A DNA stretch of 63,888 nucleotides, filler included, from Octopus bimaculoides (lineage: Eukaryota), in the NCBI RefSeq assembly GCF_001194135.2. It is 5 parts of 5 records of this genome, joined end to end, with 100 filler letters (N's around TTAATTAATTAA, not from the genome) between each part and the next. Parts side by side here need not be neighbours in the genome. Positions count along the whole stretch, not along the records: positions 27,429 to 58,274 come from NC_068983.1; positions 58,375 to 62,428 come from NW_026350162.1; positions 62,529 to 63,888 come from NW_026338048.1; 2 more parts are not named here. The stretch is one strand, 5' to 3'. The first letter of the stretch is position 1, and the number at the start of each line of letters is the position of its first letter. The notes under the pieces are model-generated. The model worked only from the letters and a program-made list of their open reading frames with translations. It did not search any database and had not been told where the DNA came from. The translations under genes and the position numbers were made by a program. Positions 56,051 to 63,888 of this stretch are shown here, piece after piece.

Positions 56051-56157
56051 TGGTGTTCTATTTGTGTATGTGCGTGTGTGTCTACGTATGTGTACGCATG
56101 TGTGTGTGCACGCGTATGTGCATGTGTGTGTATGTGTGTGTTGGGGTTGTCAGGGCG

Positions 56158-56190
<33 letters not shown>

Positions 56191-56627
56191 AGTATGCGCG
56201 CGTGTGTGCATGCTTGAGTATTTGCATGTTATATTTTTCAGGCTGCTGTGTGTATACGTGTGTGAGCATGTATGTGTGTGTTACGTTTGTCGTGTATGCG
56301 TATGTATGCGTGTTTGCGTATGTATTTCTGTCAGGGCGTTGTGTGTGTGTCCGTGTGTGTCCATGTGTATGTGTGTATTACGTTTATCAGGGTGGTGTGC
56401 ATGTGTGCGTGTGTGGGCGCGTGTATGTGTATATATATATATATTTATTCGCTTAAAAACACACACATGCATACATACATACATACATACATGCATACAT
56501 ACATACACACACACACACACGCCGACACACACGCGACCGAATACACTCACACACACATACACACACGCGCGCAAAATTTTTAAAATGGAACAGATGGATG
56601 ACAAAGCAAAGCAACAAACAAAATTAC

Positions 56628-56742
56628 TCGCATGGCACGGACATGTTCTTTCTTCCTCAGTTGTCGTCCAAAACTCATCAGAATTCCTGCCTTCAGCAAT
56701 AATATTGTTCATTTTGGTGACATCAACAGCAAAAATAAAAAG
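56628..56742 (-). CDS. Possible upstream exon (of the C1q gene?): LFIFAVDVTKMNNIIAEGRNSDEFWTTTEEERTCPCHA
   Basis: Non-repetitive island between microsatellites. cattcccaacAG acceptor and GTaatt donor, open frame. No recognised homology. Confidence 0.3.
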
Positions 56743-56880
56743 CTGTTGGGAATGATGAGCGAATGTAGGAGACGGTGACGAAAACAAGCACATCGCAAGT
56801 CTTTGGTGCGAATATAAATATACAAAGTAAAGATTGTACGGCTCTGAGACAATATTAGAACAAGACATGTGGAAGTAATG

Positions 56881-56920
<40 letters not shown>

Positions 56921-56931
56921 GCAAAATTCAA

Positions 56932-57197
56932 AGTGAAAATTTACGTAATATTTGCGCTATTAGATATTAAAGTGCCACTTCATCAGGCTTGCATCTCATC
57001 TTTATCTTTCCCACATGATCTCCATACTAATTATTCAACCCTAACCGTATTTTTATTTACATTTTGTTTCCTACCGTTATAAGCCGAAAGAACAAAACTA
57101 TCTGGAAGATGCACAATGTGACAGCGCACCTTTGATGTAAGCCTGAGGAAGTGCTACTCTAATGTTAAATACCTCAAATATTACGTAAATTTTCACT
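56932..57197. repeat. ~265-bp element with ~65-bp diverged terminal inverted repeats
   Basis: agtgaaaatttacgtaatatttg...cacttcatcaggcttgcatc versus gatgtaagcctgaggaagtg...caaatattacgtaaattttcact. Confidence 0.75.
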
Positions 57198-57520
57198 ACG
57201 TATTCTGCGTAAACTGGCGTTGCAAGCAGAGTTGGTACAGAAACAATTGTAATGTATCATTAAAAATGTGTGTGTGTGTGTTTGCGTATCCATGTATGTA
57301 TGTATGTGTATGTTTGTGTTTGTCTCCACACCATCGCTTGACAACCGCTATCGGTGTATTTACGTTCCCGTAACCTAGCGCTTCGGTAAAAAATAATGAT
57401 AGAATAAGAACTAGGCTTACAAAGAATAAGTCCTGGGGTCGATTTGTTCGATTAAAAGTGGTGCTCCAGCATGGCTGCAGTCAACTGAGAGAAATAAGTA
57501 AAAGAATAAAAGAATAAAAG

Positions 57521-57566
<46 letters not shown>

Positions 57567-58318
57567 TATATGGATGTGTTTGGTATATTCATATTTTCNN
57601 NNNNNNNNNNNNNNNNNNNNNNNNNNNNNNNNNNNNNNNNNNNNNNNNNNNNNNNNNNNNNNNNNNNNNNNNNNNNNNNNNNNNNNNNNNNNNNNNNNNN
57701 NNNNNNNNNNNNNNNNNNNNNNNNNNNNNNNNNNNNNNNNNNNNNNNNNNNNNNNNNNNNNNNNNNNNNNNNNNNNNNNNNNNNNNNNNNNNNNNNNNNN
57801 NNNNNNNNNNNNNNNNNNNNNNNNNNNNNACACACAAACACATATATACATGTGTATATATATATTTATATACACACACACGACGGGCTTTTTTTCCGTT
57901 TCCGTCCACAAATCCACTCACAAGGCTTTGGTCGGCCCGAGGCTATAGTAGAAGACACTTACCCAAGGTGCCACGCGGTGGTACTGAACCCGGAACTGTG
58001 TGGTTGGGAAGCAAGCTTCTCACCACACAGCCACGCCTACGCCTGTATACATACATACATACATACATACATACACACATACATACTGGCTGTGTGGTAA
58101 GTAGCTTGCTTACCAACCACATGGTTCCGGGTTCAGTCCCACTGCGTGGCACCTTGGGCAAGTGTCTTCTACTATAGCCTCGAGCCGACCAAAGCCTTGT
58201 GAGTGGATTTGGTAGACAGAAACTGAAAAAAGCCCGTCGTATATATGTATATGTATATATATATGTGTGTGTTTNNNNNNNNNNNNNNNNNNNNNNNNNN
58301 NNNNNNNNNNNNNNNNNN

Positions 58319-58330
58319 TTAATTAATTAA
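58319..58330. other. Assembly spacer TTAATTAATTAA
   Basis: As above. Confidence 0.95.
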
Positions 58331-58374
58331 NNNNNNNNNNNNNNNNNNNNNNNNNNNNNNNNNNNNNNNNNNNN

Positions 58375-58415
<41 letters not shown>

Positions 58416-58427
58416 ATTGTGTGGGTG

Positions 58428-58597
58428 TCAGGCAGTTTTACTTCTATCTACAGCTCTAAGGGACACATCAATATTACGGCTGCTATTGTTGCTATTGACA
58501 CTGCTATCATAGTTGCTAGTTACTCCTGCAGTGGTAGTACCGCGTAAAAGGTTTTGACTGTAGCGACATTCCCAATCGCTTTTCTTCGTTTTCTTCA
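58428..58597 (-). CDS. Possible terminal exon of an unknown gene: (x)KKTKKSDWECRYSQNLLRGTTTAGVTSNYDSSVNSNNSSRNIDVSLRAVDRSKTA*
   Basis: ttttatttctAG acceptor, 55 open codons to TGA, S/N-rich disordered-tail composition. No recognised homology. Confidence 0.25.
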
Positions 58598-58809
58598 CTA
58601 GAAATAAAACGTGGAAGCCGTCTTAGAGATTGTTGTCTTGATTGAAAAATATTAGTTTTCCGTCGGAAGAATAACTAAAGAAGTCGACAAGCTTCTGATA
58701 GCTCGATTTTCTTAAAAAAGATGAAACAATAAAATTAAGAATTACAGCTCTCTAAGGAAACAATAACTTACGGAGCACCTAAAATAACATTCAGCTAAGA
58801 CAATGAACG

Positions 58810-58843
<34 letters not shown>

Positions 58844-58853
58844 NNNNNNNNNN

Positions 58854-58885
<32 letters not shown>

Positions 58886-58939
58886 GTGATAATAAGGATG
58901 ACGATGATGATTTCGTTTTTAGTGAGAAAAAGACAGTGA

Positions 58940-59150
58940 AAAAGACAACATACACGTTTGCGTGTCATACGTAAAAGTGCAAAAGCGAGAGTAACAAAAA
59001 AATTGCAAGAAAATTCCAACAAACAAGATTCGCAAATAGAGAGCAGCGACTGAGACAAAAGAACATGCTTGCGCTTTCAGGTGAAAGAAAGGTGGCGAAG
59101 ATATTTTCATGATAGACACGGTTGATTGACAAATATTCCCTGCTTGAGAC
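58940..59150 (+). mobile_element. Possible RTE LINE EN-RT linker fragment
   Basis: KSAKARVTKKLQE and VKERWRRYFHD resemble the LINE ERW.EYF..LLN motif. Stops present. Confidence 0.35.
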
Positions 59151-59235
59151 AACAGATTAACAATGTACGAGTTCTAAACGAATACACATACAAAGTGGTT
59201 TCGTCGCTCTGCATGTATTTCAGACNNNNNNNNNN

Positions 59236-60620
59236 GGCTGACAACACTTTCATGTCTCTAGAGCATTCCTTGAATCAGAAATACTGCTAGACCAGGAATT
59301 CCTGGAGGCTATCCATAGTTCCTGGCTCGAAAGCTCTCTGGAACTAATCATCATTTGATTCGCGTTGATATTTACACTGAGTTTCTCAGAGAACGTCATG
59401 ATCCTTTACCATCGGTAGTCCTCAAAAGAATGCCAGTATGGAAGCTCCATCTACCGCAGTGTCCAACTGTCGTGAGCAGCAAACAATATTCTAGTTACCA
59501 TGCACCTCGTATAAATCCTTGCTTGAACCAGAACTGCGACTCCGTCTAGGAGACAAGTTGTAAAAATACGTGTCTGGCAAAAGCAATTAAATCTGTTCAC
59601 CGTTTAAGAATATAGATGTCGCAGCCCTAGTGTTTGTGCTCTGAATGTTGATAGCAGATGNNNNNNNNNNATAGATGTCGCAGCCCTAGTGTTTGTGCTC
59701 TGAATGTTGATAGCAGATGGCAGCCTTGCAATAGAAGGTATCCCTTGCACAAGAACAGACGCTTCAACCTGGGCGGACGACGAAAGCTAAAGCAAAATAC
59801 AACGGTCAGGTGGTAATGTATAACGGAAGTGGTGTATGCGTTTTCTATTCCTGCCTGACACTTACGGGATTTTCCTCTTAGCCCATTTCTGGGTGAGACT
59901 GGCAACTTTGCTTATTATTGTATCTTTTATAATGGTGTTGATCACCTCTATTCTTGTGATGTACAGCAACATTTCGACACGTCTCTCTCCCAGCCCCGTG
60001 AGTTTTGTCTCATTTTACCGTCCTCCTTTTCTTCACCATTTGAGGGAGAATCATTGAGAAATGAAAAGACTGGTTGATGGATAGTATTTGTCATTTGTGT
60101 CTCTGGGGGTGTTGCGCTAAGAGTGACNNNNNNNNNNGGATAGTATTTGTCATTTGTGTCTCTGGGGGTGTTGCGCTAAGAGTGACTGCATATCTTTGGA
60201 TGTTGCTGTTGTGAAGTGGATGACGTTAATTCCTTTCGATATTCCGGTTATGGTTTTGGTTTTTTATGTTTTTATTGCTGCTACTTTGCTTACCACTGTT
60301 ATTGTTGCTGTTGGTTGTGGTGTTGCTACTACAGCTGAATTGTTGTAATGGTGGTGCTGAAGTCATAGTGCTTTGACTCCTTTTGTCTGGAGATAGAAAG
60401 TGCTCTGCTGGTTAGAGTAACCGCAAGTGTAACATCTGTGTCCCCTGCTACCTCTCCCACAACTCTTATTGAGTTTACTCCTTCCAAATTGACGAAGGAG
60501 CGAAGCTTTTTTAGTTTCTCTATTGTGAGCAGCAACTCTGTTCCTAATTTTCACTCTGACAAGTTTTTGTAGGGAGTTGATTTTGTGCTAATGACTTCCT
60601 CGTTCTCTTCTAAAATCTTA
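59236..60620 (-). mobile_element. Decayed retroelement-like coding sequence (gag/protease-like?)
   Basis: GRGSRGHRCYTCG zinc-knuckle-like start, then CSCARDTFYCK and IFLNGEQI*LLL(P)DT in shifting frames with many stops. Family not identified. Confidence 0.35.
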
Positions 60621-61079
60621 GAATTTTTGATGGTTCACTTGTGAAGCTCATCTTAGTTATTGCTTTCCCATATAAATCGATAATAATGAATACTCGTTAG
60701 AGGACCACGTATGATGCTTGGCTATCTTTCGGGCCTCTTCTTAGTCTAGACATATGTCCTTCTCACTAGTTGGATGTCAAAATTACCGCCACGTTTAATA
60801 TTTAAAAAAAAAAAGTTTTTCGGAAGAAAAAACTTTTAGTAATTATTTTGCTCCAAATGGACGAAGGAACCAACCAGCCTTTCAATGTCTTGGTTAACCC
60901 GAGCCCCACAAACAAAATGGACTTTAAAAATCTCACAAAAACCTTTTCTCCAGAAGAATAAACAAACAACAATTATTTTGTAACTTACGTAGCCTAAGTA
61001 AAGCACGCTGAAACTTCTCAGTATTCTGGCTGTAAATGAAGGAATATTACAAATACATATTACAAAAATGAACAGATTA

Positions 61080-62428
61080 TACTGTGGAATGAAAAAAATT
61101 CTCTCATGCTATTTAAACTTTTTCAGCTGATTTGGGGTAATTTTAGTGTGCTGAATCCGAATCTGACATTACTTTTCNNNNNNNNNNGATTTGGGGTAAT
61201 TTTAGTGTGCTGAATCCGAATCTGACATTACTTTTCAGATAGCACCCGTAGTATTTTTTTAGTTATTCGCAGCATCAGATTTTCAACCAACTGGTAATAT
61301 ANNNNNNNNNNNNNNNNNNNNNNNNTCGATTTTCATTCATATACTCAACTGAAACAAAAAGAAGTGCTGATAGAGGGATATGTAGGCTACCTGTTAAATT
61401 GGCACATAAGATGAGAATTTATTTTACTTTGTTATCACTGTAGTTATAGTAAAGTTCTCCTCACAGTAGGCTATTGATATTAGGTTTTACAGTGCTCCCT
61501 CTCTATAACGCGNNNNNNNNNNNNNNNNNAAACCAACCGTGTTCTATCCGGGCCGCGGATCCACGGGTCCACGGGTCCACGGGTAAGCGGCGGGAGCTTA
61601 CCCGTGTTCATGCAGCTAAAAGTATTCCAATACTCCTTCATATTTTAGCAAAAATAGTTTAAGTGAATAAAGCACTGCATTTTGTTTCTAGGAAGAGTGA
61701 AGCTAAGATCAAAGTTGATGTTTTTAATCGACCAGAAATTCGCACACTAATTTATGATGAGCTTTTTCAAGAAAAATTAACCTCACTAGAGAAAACTGCT
61801 TAGGAATAGTTTGTTTCTCTTATAAACAAAAGTTTTTGGAAAATGAAAAATCATCTATGTTGAAATTGTGAATGATTATTTGAAAGCTTATAAGCAACTT
61901 GGGGCTAGAATGTCTCTAAAAATTCATTTTCTCCACTCTCATCTTGATTTCTTTCCACCCAATATGGGTGATGTAAGTGATGAGCATGGGGAATGATTTC
62001 ATCAACAAATCAAAGAGCTAGAATACCGCTACAAAGGCAGACTTACACCAAACATGCTGACGGACTACTGCTGGTTTTTAAAACGAGAAATGAACACGCA
62101 ACATAAGCGTAAAGGAAGACGCCAAAGCTATTTTTGAAAAACATAAAAATAATATTCACTTTACACTTTTGTTTTGTGTTTTATTGGTTTTAGAGTTACT
62201 TTTCCATCTAGTTGCTATTGTTCTTATGCCAAATAACGGTAATCTACGCTTAACATGTTGATTATATTTGTCATGAATTATCACATTATTGTATTTTTGG
62301 TAGGAGTATAACAATGATAGCGCAAAAACCTGACGTGCTACAGTAAAAATGATTGTAGATTCGGAATCAGCGCTCCCAAATTACCAATGAGCACTATTTC
62401 GACTAATAGTAGCAAAGTTTTGTTGACT
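61080..62428 (+). mobile_element. CMC-Chapaev3-like DNA transposon, internally deleted or gapped; transposase C-terminus at ~61695-62137
   Basis: SEAKIKVDVFNRPEIRTLI...LGARMSLKIHFLHSHLDFFPPNMGDVSDEHGE*FHQQIKELEYRYKGR...MLTDYCWFLKRE. Long imperfect TIRs (gtaattt...gctga.tccgaatct) at ~61135-61240 and ~62330-62390. Confidence 0.75.
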
Positions 62429-62472
62429 NNNNNNNNNNNNNNNNNNNNNNNNNNNNNNNNNNNNNNNNNNNN

Positions 62473-62484
62473 TTAATTAATTAA
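62473..62484. other. Assembly spacer TTAATTAATTAA
   Basis: As above. Confidence 0.95.
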
Positions 62485-63888
62485 NNNNNNNNNNNNNNNN
62501 NNNNNNNNNNNNNNNNNNNNNNNNNNNNTAAAAATCAATTGAATAATAGAAAAATACAAGAAAACTTATTTCTAGAAACGTAGAAATAAAAATAAAAATA
62601 AAAATATGAATGGAAAAATTATAAATGAAAAAATTCAAAATGAAAAAAATTTAAACTTTATATATACTAAGTTTTAATAAAAAAACCTTTAACGATATTA
62701 TAAACAATAAAGACTAATTATTAATCAAATATTATTAATCAAAAATAATAGAAAATATATCAACACTATTCAAATCAAAGTTCTTATATTATGTTGAAAT
62801 GATACTATAACTTCTAAATAATTTAGTGTTAAATAAGTTATCTATTAAAAATAATCTTTAAAAAAACCAAATGAATAATATAAAAAACATGAATACATAT
62901 TATTTTCAAATAATAGAAAATCTTTAGCAAAGTGAAAACCGTACTTATCCATATTTTTCCGTAATTCAAACTGAAGCTAAGACGTTAAATAATAGCTATA
63001 GCGTTTTAAGCAAGAGGTCGCGCGAAAATACTACGTTAAAATAGAGAATAGAATACGAAAACATGAATGAAAGAATAATACTTAAAAAATGAATGAAAAA
63101 TTTAAAGTTTATATAACTAACAACATAAAAAAACCACAGCTATCTTATAAAACATATTAATGAATTTTAAATTCTAATATATAATAAATTAATAATAAAA
63201 CTTAGAGTCATAAATTAAATAATATTATGAAATAAGCTAAAATACTCCTGTTGATTTAGTCTTATAAAAATCGTAGTGTCATTATAATATAAATTCTTAA
63301 ACTCCCTAAAATATTAACCTACCAATAAAAATAAAATATAACTACTAGAATAATTAAAGAGGAAATATTATAAATAAATACCCCAACACACACCCTCATA
63401 CATACATGCATATATGTATATATATATATACATACTTACAGACATATACAAATATACATACCTATATATAAAACATATAAACATATATACATACAAATAT
63501 ACATAAGAATATACATATATACACACAACATACACACACATATAGACCAAAACATACACACATGTACCTACATAAACATACATATATATACAAATATACT
63601 CATTCACTCATATAAATAAAGAAGGAATAGTATATACAAATACACACTCACACTCACCCTCCCATACTCCCAAATATATACATATTATATAGATACACAT
63701 ATACATACATATATACATATATATAAAAGTATAAAAATATATACACACATATGTATACTCTAGTTTATACACACAAAATATATATATATGTATATATATA
63801 CTCAAATGTATATACATATATATACACAATATACACATACAAATATATACAGAAACACATATATAAATACATATAAAAATAAATACTT

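Noticed and set aside
59015-59112. REQRLRQKNMLALSGERKVAKIF, resembling a GPCR ICL3/TM6 junction
   Set aside because: Bounded by stops with no TM6 following; another frame fits a LINE linker better.
59612-61218. Short exact duplications across 10-N gaps (~59612-59719, 60078-60187, 61127-61218)
   Set aside because: Unmerged contig overlaps, not biological repeats.

Overview
AT-rich, microsatellite- and retroposon-dense animal genomic DNA with many N gaps. The SINE types and (TA)n/(CA)n/(TAA)n load suggest an octopod cephalopod draft assembly (inference, not searched). Four ~100-nt N spacers each carry TTAATTAATTAA (10774, 27373, 58319, 62473), so the window is probably five artificially concatenated scaffolds and adjacency across them means nothing. 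Two real genes are supported. (1) Five consecutive phase-compatible 3' coding exons of a choline transporter-like (SLC44/CTL1-like) gene on + (3482-9419). (2) The terminal coding exon of a C1q-domain protein on - (52066-52275). The rest is transposon debris: Tc1, RTE, Tx1, Penelope-like, Ty3/Gypsy, R4/Dong-like and Chapaev3-like elements, MITEs and several tRNA-derived SINE families. Almost all ORFs in the supplied track are microsatellite or N artefacts. I see no convincing new multi-gene system. The best leads are a duplicated, still in-frame splice acceptor and partial exon in the CTL gene, degenerate Penelope-type hammerhead ribozyme motifs, a 114-bp-arm near-perfect palindrome, and TAA-microsatellite-targeted retroelements.
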